The position numbers and the translations under genes are program-made. The notes below the pieces were generated by a model, which worked only from the letters and a program-made list of their open reading frames with translations, had not been told where the DNA came from and made no database searches. A stretch of 64,000 nucleotides of DNA from Octopus sinensis. Taxonomy: Eukaryota. This document shows, in pieces, positions 52,081 through 64,000 of the stretch. The stretch is from assembly GCF_006345805.1 (NCBI RefSeq), contig NC_043015.1, positions 53,134,001 to 53,198,000 of the forward strand. The letters are read 5' to 3'. How positions within the stretch are numbered: the stretch's first letter is position 1; every line of letters starts with the position of its first letter.

Positions 52081-52308
52081 GTTTCAAATTTTGGCACAAG
52101 GCCAGCAAATTCGGGGATTGGGGTAATCCGTTTACACGAACTCCAGTACTCAACTATTACATCAGTCCCAGTGTTTCACTGGTACTTGATTTATCGACCC
52201 CGGAAGGACGAAAGGCAATGCCGAACTCAGCGGAATTTTAACTCAAACGTAGCGACGTGCGAAACACCACAAACCATTCCGCCCAGCATGCTAAAGATTC
52301 TGCCGTCT
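52081..52308 (-). mobile_element. SINE family B
   Basis: actggtacttgatttatcgaccccggaaggacgaaaggc..gcggaattttaactc. Confidence 0.8.
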
Positions 52309-52337
52309 ATATAATAATAATAGTAATGATAATAATA

Positions 52338-52400
<63 letters not shown>

Positions 52401-53130
52401 TAATAATAATAACAACAACAACAATAATAATAACAATAATAAGGATGATGATGATGATGAGGATGAGGATGATGATGATGTGAATGATGATGATGATGAT
52501 GATAATGATGATAAACAATTCATCAACGTTCTGTATTTTACAAGTGAACGAACTTTATGGGAATGCACTCCAGTATTCAAGAAAAAAAGGTGTTGTTGTT
52601 AATGTCAATGTTCTAAGTGAAATAACACTGCTGTAGATAGAGTGTTGTTCAGTACGGAATGTAGGTCTGTAGTATTTCTTATTGTATAATGTGTCTTTGT
52701 GGGCGGTTGCGGTGGTGGTGGTGGTGGTGGTGGTGGTGGTGGTGGTAGGGATGTGAGCCGTACTGAGATGACAGGACATCAAAATGGCTATAAGGGTTAG
52801 TATGTCACCGAATAACATAGGGTGGGGACATCTTGGATTTATTGACCTTTATTTCCACTTCTCCACTATGTCGTTTCAATTTTTGCATCCTTAGCTGTGA
52901 AGTTGGTACGTTTTCCGTTTTTTTCGTTCCTACTTTATATTTTCTGCCATTTCTTAAGATTAATTTCCTGGTCTTTCATTGTTTTTTGTTTCGTTATTCC
53001 TGAACTTTACATCGTATCTTATTCAACAATAGTAAAAGGAAGTAGGGATTGTCAATGCGACTTGGGCGGAACACGTGTCACAAGTGACTTTGTTAAAAAA
53101 GCAACAGCAATATATGTGTGTGTGTGTATA

Positions 53131-53166
<36 letters not shown>

Positions 53167-53309
53167 TATCTCTCTATATATATGTATATATTTATATGTA
53201 TACATAAATGTGCATATACGTGTGTATGTACATGTGATAATATATATATGTATATATATATATATGTATGAATATATATATCAATATATGTGTATATATA
53301 TGCATATAT

Positions 53310-53382
<73 letters not shown>

Positions 53383-53448
53383 TATATATATATGTATATA
53401 TGGGAAAAAAGTCAAGATGAAAAATGCTAAAATAATTTATAAAAAACA

Positions 53449-53490
53449 TTTCAGTACCGGTTTCAGTCATTGAAACTTTTTCATCTGTAA
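53449..53490 (-). ncRNA. Decayed minimal hammerhead-like motif
   Basis: ttacag-aTGAAaA-agt-ttcaatg-act-GAAAC-CG-GTA-ctgaaa; geometry fits, two core substitutions. Confidence 0.4.
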
Positions 53491-53537
53491 GTATGGAAAA
53501 CAATTAAATTTTGAAAAATTAAAAGAATATTTGTATA

Positions 53538-53563
<26 letters not shown>

Positions 53564-53571
<8 letters not shown>

Positions 53572-54191
53572 AAGTAAATAAGAGGGCTAGCAGCAGGCTG
53601 TTTCGCCTCATACCGAAGGAATTAGAAATGGCAGTCAAAGACTGTTTTTTTCCATTTTCTGTAAGTGGAGACTCCAGAAACGAAAGCCCGTGCGGCTCAC
53701 ATGCACAAAACCGGAGTAGCAAATAGACGCAGTCACTTACCGTTAATAACGAACACATGTTTCTGGATCACAAACATAGAAAAGTAGTTTGATTTCCGTC
53801 ATCGGCGCTATATTCGATACCTTTACCAAATGCCACCGGCCCTCACTTCTGACCCAGCGACATCAGATAGTGGGGGGAAGTGCGCAGATGTTAAAACTAA
53901 GTAACGACTGGGAACGAATTTTCCCTCCAAAATTCTGCCATGCGCACCTTTGGGTAATCGTAATGGAATGAGGAATCCACATGGTAATGCAATAAAAATG
54001 GTAAATAATTTTTCTGTGGTTTTTCATGTAACCAACCATTATTTACCGGTAAATTTCGGTATGTAATACGACAAATTATCGTCAGGAAATTCGTAAGGTT
54101 CAGTATATAGTAAAGTAAATAAGAGGGCTTGCAGCAGGGCTGTCGCCTCATACCGAAGGAATTAGAAATGGCAGTCAAAGACTGTTTTTTT

Positions 54192-54194
<3 letters not shown>
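53564..54194. repeat. Pair of about 91-bp direct repeats (period 540 bp) flanking a unique interior
   Basis: 53564-53654 versus 54104-54194, nearly identical. Confidence 0.85.
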
Positions 54195-54229
<35 letters not shown>

Positions 54230-54237
54230 TATATGCA

Positions 54238-54279
<42 letters not shown>

Positions 54280-54280
54280 T

Positions 54281-54452
54281 AGGCGCAGATAAGCATGGCT
54301 ATCTAGCTGAGATGTTCGCTTCGAATCTCGTGGTTTGAAGTCTCACAGTGCGGATGTTTGAGCAAATGTCATCTCCTATGCTCTTATAGCCTTGCGCAAA
54401 TTAATACCTTATGTAAGTACTTTACAAAGTGAAACTGTGTGGAAGCTCGTCT
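54281..54452 (+). mobile_element. Very decayed SINE family A 5' half
   Basis: aggcgcag..atggct..ttgagcaaatgtc..gaaactgtgtggaagctcgtc. Confidence 0.5.
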
Positions 54453-54546
54453 TTCACACACACACACACCACACACACACACACACGCACACACACACAC
54501 ACACATATATATATACATACATATATATGTTTGTGTGTGTTTCTGT

Positions 54547-54688
54547 GATTTCAAATTTCGCCGAGGTCGACCTCATGTTTCCTTCTTTCGGGGTCGATAA
54601 AATAAATACGCTTTGAGCACTGGGGTTGATGTAATCGGTAAGCTTACCCTTGTGCCAAATTTCAGGCTTTGTGCCTACAATCGAAAGC
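54547..54688 (+). mobile_element. SINE family B, 5'-truncated
   Basis: ttcaaatttcgccgaggtcgacc..ctttcggggtcgataaaataa. Confidence 0.8.
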
Positions 54689-55639
54689 AGTATGAATGTG
54701 TAGATACAGTATTCCTGAAAGTAATAAAATATTTCCCAATCACGAGGCCACAGCTTTCATTTCCCTGCGTAACATCTTAGGCAAGTATTTAAAAAAAAAT
54801 TATGTCTTTGATTCCATACAAAGCTTTGAATGAATAGAAGGAAACCGAGGAACTATACCGAAAATTTAAAGGTTCGGCTTTGTGACTGGTTGTCAGTGGA
54901 ATATTCAACCACATGCACGTTAATTTAATGTTCAGGTGATCGAACAGCAGAATATTCATCGTCGAAGCTGATGGAGATCCATTTAAGTATTGTTTTATGA
55001 AAGTGTTTGTGTCTGGACGAAAAAGAAAAATGTTAGAGAATTTGAATGTGTGTGCATATGTATGTTCTTGTGTACGTATGTGTGCGTGTGTTTGTGTGTG
55101 TGCGTGTGTGTTAGTGTGTGTGCGTGTGTGTTAGTGTGTGTTTTGTGTGTTGTGTGTGAGCGTGAGCGTGTATGTGTGTTGTATGTGCGTGTATGTGCTT
55201 ATATGTTTGTGTGTTGTGTGAGAGGATATGTGTATATATGTGCGCGTGGCGTGTGCGTGTACGTGTGTGGCATGTTGTGTATGAGTGTGTACATGTGTGT
55301 GTATGTGCGTGCGTGTTGTGTATTTATGTACGTACGTATGCATGTGCGTATGTGTGTGTGTATGTGTGTGTGTGTGTGTGTGTATGTGAAACGAGCGCTT
55401 CTAGGCGTCGGAACACTTGTAAGCAAAGCAAGATGTTTAGAATTCCGATAATAGAGATGATTACGTCTCTCTTTTTCCTTTTTTCATTTTTGTAGCTTAT
55501 GGAAACATAAATAGAAAACTGTTAAGTGATTTAAACGTAAATTTGAACCAGAAAAATACAACACCACCACAACCACCACCACCACCACCCGCATCATCAC
55601 TATCAAAATCAACGAATTGCCCACCATAAATGCATACAA

Positions 55640-55670
55640 ATATGTGTATGATATATATATATACATAAAG

Positions 55671-55703
<33 letters not shown>

Positions 55704-55872
55704 CGTATATATATATATATATATATAGATATATATATATATATATACATAAGTATATGCATATATGTATATATACATATACATGTATATATATACATAA
55801 AGATATATTATGTATACATATATGTATATGTATATATATATGTGTTTATATATATATGTATATATATTTATG

Positions 55873-55903
<31 letters not shown>

Positions 55904-56067
55904 ATGTTTATATATGTACTTATATATGTATATGTGTGTCTATATATGTGTATACATATATATATGCACATATATGCATACACACACACACGCATATATA
56001 TATATATGTATACACACACAAATATATATACATATAATAAATAAATTATACATATATACGTACGCAC

Positions 56068-56108
<41 letters not shown>

Positions 56109-56125
56109 TATGTTATATTATATAC
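55640..56125. repeat. Long (TA)n/(TG)n/(CA)n array
   Basis: Direct reading. Confidence 0.95.
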
Positions 56126-56740
56126 ATACATAAGTATATATAAATACATACACACGCACACACTCATATGTATGTATGTATATAAACAATAGTATATAAG
56201 CAATAATAAGAGAAGATTTTACATCCAAAGTAAAGAAAGCAAAGAGATTGGGATAACAATCAGAAAACAATGAGGAAACAGAAACAATGAAAGATAAACA
56301 ATGTGCGAAGCACATGAGATAAAAAGACGACGTTGAGGATAAGTAAAAGAAGGAGAGAGAAGAGAGTAATACGAGAGAGAGAGGAGAGAGAGAGAGGGAG
56401 GAAAAAGAGGGAGTGGAGGAGGTAGAGAGGGAGGTGTGGAGGGAGAGGACGAGAGGCCATTATGAAATGTGGTTGCATTGTTACAGTCTTACAGGGTGTG
56501 TTACTGTAAAATTCCTGAAACTGTTTTGAGATTTCAATAAATGCGTCCGTGTGCGTATGTGTGTAAATGTAAGCATGCATAAGTGTATAGGTACATATGT
56601 GTATATATATACGTATACAGCTATATGTATGCGTATATATATAGTATCTCCCTTTCTCGATATATATATATATACTTTTATACATACATACATACATACA
56701 TACATACATACATACATACACACATACATATATTCTTTTA

Positions 56741-56936
56741 TTCTTTTATGTTTCAGTCATTTGACGGCGGCCATGCTGGAGCACCGCATTTAGTCGAACA
56801 AACCGACCACGGGACTTATTCTTTGTAAGCCTAGTACTTATTCTATCGGTCCCTTTTGCCGAACCGCCAAGTTACGGGGACGTGAACACACCAACATTGG
56901 TTGTCGAGCGATGTTGGGCGGACAAACACAGACACA

Positions 56937-57029
<93 letters not shown>

Positions 57030-57191
57030 GACGGGCTTCTTTCAGTTTCCCTCTATCAAATCCACTCACAAGGCTTTGGTCGGCCCGAGGCTATATTAGA
57101 AGATATCTGCCCAAAGTGCCACGCAGTTGGATTGAATCCGGAACCATGTGGGTGGTAAGCAAGCTACGTACCAAACAGCCACTCCTGCGCC
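56741..57191 (-). mobile_element. SINE family A (full length)
   Basis: Reverse complement of family A. Confidence 0.92.
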
Positions 57192-57705
57192 TATATATAT
57201 ATATATATTTATATATATATGATGTATATATATATACATATGTATGTGTATTATTAATATATATATATATATATATATATTATATAAAAGGGCTTAGTAA
57301 AATAAATTGATGAAATGATTAATAATTAATAATTTTACCCTCAATTGTTGAAATTATAATTCATCTCTCTCTATTTAATGCTTCGGATTTTACCGAAAAA
57401 GCATAGTGTTTACTGATTTTAACCCACGCTGGTGGAAAGGGGAGAGCAGAAATTCTTCGCTTGCATATTTTGAGTTTGCTGGCACTGTTAGTTTCGAGCA
57501 GATCTTCAGAAGGATAAGAAGCCGAAAGGGTATGCTCCCACTTTCAGTGTTTTCAAAGATATCTGCCCAAAGTGCCACGCAGTTGGATTGAATCCGGAAC
57601 CATGTGGGTGGTAAGCAAGCTACGTACCATACAGCCACTCCTGCGCCTATTATATAATATTTATATTATATGATGTATATATATATACATATGTATGTGT
57701 ATTAT

Positions 57706-57760
<55 letters not shown>

Positions 57761-58048
57761 TATATTATATAAAAGGGCTTAGTAAAATAAAGATGAAAAT
57801 TGGTGAAATTGATTAATAATTAATTAATTTTACCCTCAATTGTTGAAATTATAATTCATCTCTCTCTATTTAATGCTTCGGATTTTACCAAAAAAGCATA
57901 GTGTTTACTGATTTTAACCCACGCTGGTGGAAGGGGAGAGCAGAAATTCTTCGCTTGCATATTTTGAGTTTGCTGGCACTGTTAGTTTCGAGCAGATCTT
58001 CAGAAGCGATAAGAAGCCGAAAGTATGCTCCCACTTTCAGTGTTTTCA
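57100..58048. repeat. Near-identical tandem duplication (57100-57555 / 57556-58048)
   Basis: Both units start aagatatctgcccaaagtgcc and end cactttcagtgttttca. Confidence 0.9.
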
Positions 58049-58405
58049 AATCCAAACCAAGGAGTTCTGAGCTGATGATAGAAATGTCGAGTTGACTAAT
58101 CTAGAAACGTACGTTCTCAAATAACCTTTGCATTTGATTTTTTAATGTCTTTACCCCCATACTTTCGTGAGTTGAATTGAGCAAACACTATATGAGAGAG
58201 ATTTCTTTAAGTATTAGAAATAGTTTTAAAAAAGTTTTTTAGCTACTATTTCTAATGAGTTCAGTATGTGGCAAAGTAATTATTTTACTAAGCCCTTTAT
58301 AATAATGTAATAATTTGAATTCGCCTTAAATGGTCCCTTTGCATACTGAATACTTGGTGAAATTGATTAATAATTAATTAATTTTACCCTCAATGTTGAA
58401 ATTAT
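57772..58405 (-). mobile_element. Non-autonomous element with direct and inverted terminal repeats (mini-Penelope or MITE)
   Basis: 19-bp inverted repeat aaagggcttagtaaaataa (57772-57790 / 58280-58298); about 50-bp direct repeat ttggtgaaattgattaataattaattaattttaccctcaat (about 57800 and 58355); CTGAAGA..GAAAC on minus at 57978-58006. Confidence 0.55.
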
Positions 58406-58431
58406 ATATATATATATATATATAAATGTGT

Positions 58432-58472
<41 letters not shown>

Positions 58473-58734
58473 ACACACACACACCACAACACACACACAC
58501 ACACAACACTTTCGGTTAAAACACCGCCTAGAATTTGTAGTATATTTTTGATATCGATTCCGAAAGGATGAAACCTAATGTTGACCTCGACAGGTTTTGT
58601 ACTCATGAGTCAAGCAGTCTGAAACGGATTATGCCTCTTCGCCTATACACACAAATGCATGCACACAATCCATGCATACATACAAGATGGCGGTCACTCG
58701 TCGTCTGCAGTTTCATGATGAACAGCCGGCGCGA

Positions 58735-58962
58735 GATGATCTACAACGATCAAATGTTTGTGTTACACCTCTAACTTGCTCCCTCCATCAAATCAACGTT
58801 GCCTGAACAGGTTCATGGTTGTATCACACGTTCGATATCGAAGCGATCGCACTGAAAAGAATGGGGCGAGAATTTTACTCGAGACAACCCACAAACCATT
58901 CCAGGAATTGAAATCACGATCTAGCGATAGTGAGTACAACACTGTTTCACTAGGCCATATGC
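58735..58962 (-). mobile_element. SINE family D, decayed
   Basis: gatcaaatgtttgtgtt..; head remnant cactaggccatatgc. Confidence 0.6.
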
Positions 58963-59020
58963 ATACATACAGGCATACACACACATGCACACACATACAC
59001 AAATATACGCATCTATATAT

Positions 59021-59052
<32 letters not shown>

Positions 59053-59271
59053 GGTGTGTGTGTGTGTATATTTATATATATATATATATATACGTAAATA
59101 TGGGACTGTGAGAATGAGTGCTCAATATCACATCAGTTGATAAAAATTAATTATTTTTATATGAAAGCTACCATTGGTTTCACGTTAAAAGATATCTCAA
59201 AAATTCTCCAAGCCGATCGCATACAAAAATTGGTGTTTCTTTCCGTTTTGGATTAAAACACGAAAATCACA

Positions 59272-59365
59272 GGAAGTACTTAATTTATCGACCCTCCGGA
59301 AGTATTAAAGTTTAAGCCGACACCGACGAAATTTGAACTCAGAACATAAAGCAGCTCGCTGCCTT
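59272..59365 (-). mobile_element. SINE family B, internally deleted
   Basis: aagtacttaatttatcgaccc..aatttgaactcagaac..gctcgctgcctt. Confidence 0.7.
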
Positions 59366-59372
59366 AATGATA

Positions 59373-59454
<82 letters not shown>

Positions 59455-59778
59455 TAACGATGATGATGATGATGATGATGATGATGCTAATAACGATCCT
59501 TTCTCATATAGTACAAGTTTGAAATTTTGAGGGGAGGGGATGTTAATTCAATGCTCAAGTGGTAGTTATTTTATCGATCACTACAGGATGGAAAGCAAAT
59601 TTGGATTAGGTTGGATAAGAACTCTGAGCATATTATGATAAACTATGACGTGAGGTAAATATCTTTTGATATGGTTCTTGTCTCTTCTGAACCGAAAAAT
59701 ACGAATAACTGTTGTGGATTTCCCTTAATGCCTTACCACTTGCATTTCCTCCTACCCTGTGTGTGTGTGTGTGCGTGC

Positions 59779-59828
<50 letters not shown>

Positions 59829-60424
59829 AAGTCTGCTTCTATACATATATATAAAACTTCCGCACATACAATAACAGCCATACCAACAATCCAACATACT
59901 TCCATCATCAGCTGCCTCACGGATATTATTATGGTTTCGACACTTGGGCAGTACCGTTCCATCCAGCGGTGTCAACTGCACTAAAATAAGTGTTGTTTGG
60001 GAACAAAAATACCTTAGATATTACTAAATTCATTCAATCTTAATTCTACGAAGGTTTAAACACTAACATCATTAATTAAACTATAATAGAGAAGCACATT
60101 TACCCTATGTACAAAAGTAGTATCAGTAAATAAATTTAATAAGTAAACCTATAACTAACTCCTAAATGATCTAACTAAAAAGCAACAGATAATATTCCTA
60201 CCAGTCTTCCATAGTTATTAATATCAAAGTCAAAGCTTTTATATTCTGTTCTCTCAAAAACAAAACAAACTCGATTGAACTTTAATAATATAACTAATTC
60301 TATGTGAATTACACTATTTCACAACCCAAACGTTATTAATTAAAACACTACATACGTATAAAATACGTATATATGTATATATATGTATATATATATACAT
60401 ACACACACGCATATATATATATAT

Positions 60425-60635
60425 ATATACCGCGTGTGTACCGTTGGCGATTTTTTTCCTCCGTCTTCCCTTCTCTGAATCTTTCCTTTCCTATGTTTCT
60501 GACGAAGTGCTCCGCTCGAAACGTTAAGTCCTCCTTCTTCCCTTCCTTCCTGAGCGTCCAATAATACTATATTTGTTCCACGTCCTCGCGTTGTAGTGTG
60601 TTTTCTCTTTGTGTTTTCATGTTTGGATTAACTTT
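60425..60635 (+). mobile_element. Penelope-like pseudo-LTR remnant (second subfamily)
   Basis: Pyrimidine-rich flanks, hammerhead-like core, cttcctgagcgt as in 37300-37312. Confidence 0.55.
60496..60528 (+). ncRNA. Hammerhead-like motif (CUGACGA-A core)
   Basis: ttt-CTGACGA-a-gtgc-tcc-gctc-GAAAC-GTT-aag. Confidence 0.55.
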
Positions 60636-61766
60636 ATATATATATATACACACACACACATATTTCTATACATGTCTCTATACACACATATTAACATAAG
60701 GACGTGCATACTTATATATGTACGTATGAATATACCTACATTCATACACCCTCCCCCATACACATATATCTATACACTACACGTATGGATTATAAATTTT
60801 GCTAATATACATACGTATATCTATATAGGTTTAAAAACAGTTATAAACTAAATATTTAATAAAACGCAGGGAGTCGATGTTATGCAACGATTTCAGGAGG
60901 AGGGGGATATAAACTTCCGCTACGGATGAAACAGCAGTCTATCACAGATGGCGCTGCCATACAATCTCGTGTCTATTCCAAACACAGCTTGAACGAACTG
61001 ATACCATGTAAAATTGGACTGATATCGTCAAAAAACACAATGATCTGAGTGTATGGTCGATCATGTGGTATTTCAGGACCCATCTATCTATTCGTTCTTT
61101 TCACGTCCATACACAAACGTTTTTAGAATGTTCTCAAATGATGTTTTGATTTAACGTTGTCTAAACTCTACACCTTATCAAGTACTGAGTGCCTCTTGTA
61201 TAGTAGCCATTTTGATTCCTTAACTTAGAATATCCGATTTCTGTCGCTCTCTCCGTTTCTCTGTGTGTATGTGTGTGTGTGTGTGTTTGTGCATGCGTGC
61301 GTGTTTATTTACCTGTATGTTTAGAATCTAAGGTCGAGAGGTCGTAGAAGCAAAAACCAAAAGTCGTGAGTGGGATGTGGTCCTCCGACTCGTCTAGATG
61401 AACAGTACTCCCGATAGTGCTAATTCACATACAATTCGCACACGCACATTCTCTCTCCTCTCACACACACACACACGCAGACTTATCATACATTATAAAT
61501 ACAAAATTTGAATAAACAACAATCAGAGCTTCTGTTGGTCCTGGAACTTCTCTTAAACCCTTCACTTTTCAGTGGACCGCGCTATCGATTATATCAGAGG
61601 GGCCCGGAACCGCATTGTGGCCACAACCTGGCCATAGAATATCGTTAGTTCTCCCCACTTTGTTGTAAGCATTCAGAGTAAATCATTTGCATATGGGAAA
61701 CACTCGATATTTCAATGCATTTATTTATTTTTTAAAATTTTATTTATTCATTTTTTTCACATTAGC

Positions 61767-61900
61767 CCGCCAAGCAAAATGTTTAGCGGCATTTCGTCCG
61801 TCTTTAAGTTCTGAGTTTAAATTCCGCCGAGATCGGCTTTGCTGTTCTCTTTTTTGTGATCGATAAAACAGTCGTCAATTGTGCATTGGGTTCGAAACCA
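61767..61900 (+). mobile_element. SINE family B, decayed
   Basis: tttagcggcatttcgtccgtctttaagttctgagtttaaattccgccgag. Confidence 0.75.
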
Positions 61901-62003
61901 TTGGGTTCAGATCCTTATATGGATCCCCAAACGTCATATGGTCCCCGGTTAAGTGTCAATGGTCGAACACAGTTAGGGGACACATATACCAATAATTATA
62001 TAT

Positions 62004-62147
62004 GTCCCCGTAACTTACCGGTTTGGCAAAAGAGACCTATAGAATAAGTACTAGGCTTACAGAGAATAAGTCGTGGGGGTCGATTTGTTCGACTAAAGGT
62101 GGTGCTCCAGCACGGCCGCAGTCAAATGACCGAAACAAGTAAAAGAA
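62004..62147 (+). mobile_element. SINE family A, 3' half
   Basis: gtccccgtaactta..agaataagtactaggcttac..cagtcaaatgaccgaaacaag. Confidence 0.88.
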
Positions 62148-63315
62148 TAACGTTAGAGATTTTAATATAAATGATATCAGATATAAGTTTAGAATCAAAC
62201 ATGCATTCTAAAATTAATCAACTCTTTCTCCATTTCTTTCTGCCATTTATATTGTTGAACAAACAATATGATTAGATTGAGATCCGTATCCTAACCTACA
62301 GTTAATATCTAGGATGATTGGAAACTCGGACTGAATTTACACTCATACACTGTAGAACTAAGGGCCAGCCTCTCTCCTTTACTCTTTTTTTTACCATTTA
62401 TATTGATAAGAAACATGAATCTCGAGATCCGTACCCAACCTACAATTATCAATTGGTGTTTCTCTTGTTCGCCTTGGTTTTTCATGCAAGGGTCCTACAC
62501 TCCTTTTTGGCTAACATAAAAACTTGATAAAACCATAGGAAAGGGTTACACATCGAAAATCACATCACTACATCAAACTAACCGTCTTCGAATTTTTGAA
62601 TACGAAGCATACAAAATATTAGAACAAGGAAGTATTGTATATTATCAGAGTATGAAATGAAGCTTCGTATTCGATAATGTGATATTAATAATTTGTAGTG
62701 TATTTAAAACACCTGAAGTAGCCAGAAAACAAGCATTGTTTTATTTGCGTACGTTCGTAAATATATAATGATGTTTCTTTTTCGGATATTTGACGTCAAG
62801 AACATAAGAGAATTATTTTGCTTTAATACCATTTTATTGTCTTATTTGGAACTTGTTGTTTTTGGTATTAAGGTAACCAAAAAACATGTGATAGTTTGAA
62901 GATGTATTCTTAACGAAGTATCTGGCCTCTTGAGTAGATTTTAATTACTAAGGTGGATAAAAAATACCTTGAAAATGAATATAAAAATGCTTGCACAAAA
63001 AAGTACAAGACTACACATTTGTGTTTTAGTAGAAGAAATAACAACAACGACGACAAAAATAAATATAAAAAATTAATAAATAAATGGAACAGGAATGTAT
63101 TTAGTAAATGAATGTTCACATATACGCTATCTTGCCAAATATTTCGTTGTCACATTATTGTGCTGGCAAATACTTGAGATGTCTGTCAGGACGTTGCGCT
63201 TGTTAAAGGATAGAGTACGTTTAATTTTAGAACAGAGGTTGGTAAAGTGGTCAGTGTTGATCCCTGAAGATCTATATAACTATATAAGGGGTCGATAAAC
63301 ACCAGAGACAATTCT

Positions 63316-63406
63316 AAGTACCTAATTTATCGACCCTGAAAGGATGAAAGGCAAAGTCGGCGGAATTTGAACTCAGAACTTAAAGAAAGACGAAACAGCG
63401 CTAAGC
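63316..63406 (-). mobile_element. SINE family B fragment, head to head with the next copy
   Basis: atttatcgaccctgaaaggatgaaaggcaaagtcggcggaatttgaactcag. Confidence 0.8.
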
Positions 63407-63618
63407 AAGGCGGCCTTTTAGTAGAAGCGTTAGAAGGCCAGGCGAAATGCTTAGCAGCATTGCGTCAGTCTTTATGTTCTGAGTTCAAATTCCGCCGAGG
63501 TCGACTTTGCCTTTCATCCTTTCGGGGACGATAAATTAAGTACCAGTTGCATACTGGTGGCGATCTAATCGACTGGCCCCCTCCCCCAAAATTTCGGGCC
63601 TGTGCCTAAATCAGAATC
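63407..63618 (+). mobile_element. SINE family B
   Basis: ctgagttcaaattccgccgaggtcgactttgcctttcatcctttcgggg. Confidence 0.9.
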
Positions 63619-63671
63619 CCCCCCCCGCCAAAAAAAATAACGATAAGCATTTCGCGCAGCGTGCTAACGTT

Positions 63672-63906
63672 TCTTATTTCTTTACTGCCCACAAGGGGCT
63701 AAACACAGAGAAGACAAACAAGGACAGACAAACGGATTAAGTCGATTATTTCGACCCCAGTGCGTAACTGGTACTTATTTAATCGACCCCGAAAGGATAA
63801 AAACAAAGTCGACCTCAGCGGAATTTGAACTCAGAACATAAAGACAGACGAAATACCGCTAAGCATTTCGCCCGGCGTGCTAACGTTTCTGCCAGCTCGC
63901 CGCCTT
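63672..63906 (-). mobile_element. SINE family B (full length, little decayed)
   Basis: Reverse complement aaggcggcgagctggcagaaacgttagcacgccgggcgaaatgcttagcgg... Confidence 0.92.
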
Positions 63907-64000
63907 AATCCCTTTATATTATCATTATCTTATATTATTATCCCTTTATTAGAATTATAACAGTGGAAGTATAGATTTGTAAAATAATTCTTATTTTTCG

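Noticed and set aside
59885-59945. GAAAC ... CTGATGA on the minus strand (type II hammerhead?)
   Set aside because: Stem II and the stem I/III hairpins cannot be formed.
60890-60945. gaaacagcagtc, resembling a hammerhead 3' half
   Set aside because: No CUGANGA upstream and stem I is unconvincing; at most a very decayed remnant.
62279-62672. 22-nt direct repeat (62279, 62424) and 11-bp inverted repeat (62598-62608 / 62662-62672)
   Set aside because: Too short and isolated to define an element.

Overview
This 64 kb window is AT-rich, repeat-saturated eukaryotic DNA in which I can support no intact host protein-coding gene, tRNA, rRNA or CRISPR array. It is most likely intronic or intergenic DNA from an octopus-type cephalopod; that is an inference from the repeat families and microsatellite density. 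Nearly all ORF-track entries are microsatellite read-throughs. Content: (1) about 45 tRNA-derived SINE copies or fragments from several modular families, labelled A-F here as my own working names; (2) decayed non-LTR retrotransposons: two R4/Dong-like or other RLE-type 3' ends, two RTE 3' ends and one L1/Tx1 3' end; (3) two Penelope-like (PLE) RT/GIY-YIG remnants plus several PLE pseudo-LTR remnants; (4) a deleted mariner, a mariner MITE and a mariner foldback built from two 3' ends; (5) very many simple repeats. The most interesting signal is a dispersed set of about ten hammerhead-ribozyme-like motifs. The best is a 202-bp foldback (6772-6973) encoding a type I hammerhead on each strand, each preceded in its transcript by its own antisense copy. 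A second group has a recurrent non-canonical core (CUGUUGA-A / CUGUGGA-A) with stems I and II preserved. All folds were done by eye, and repeat boundaries are approximate.
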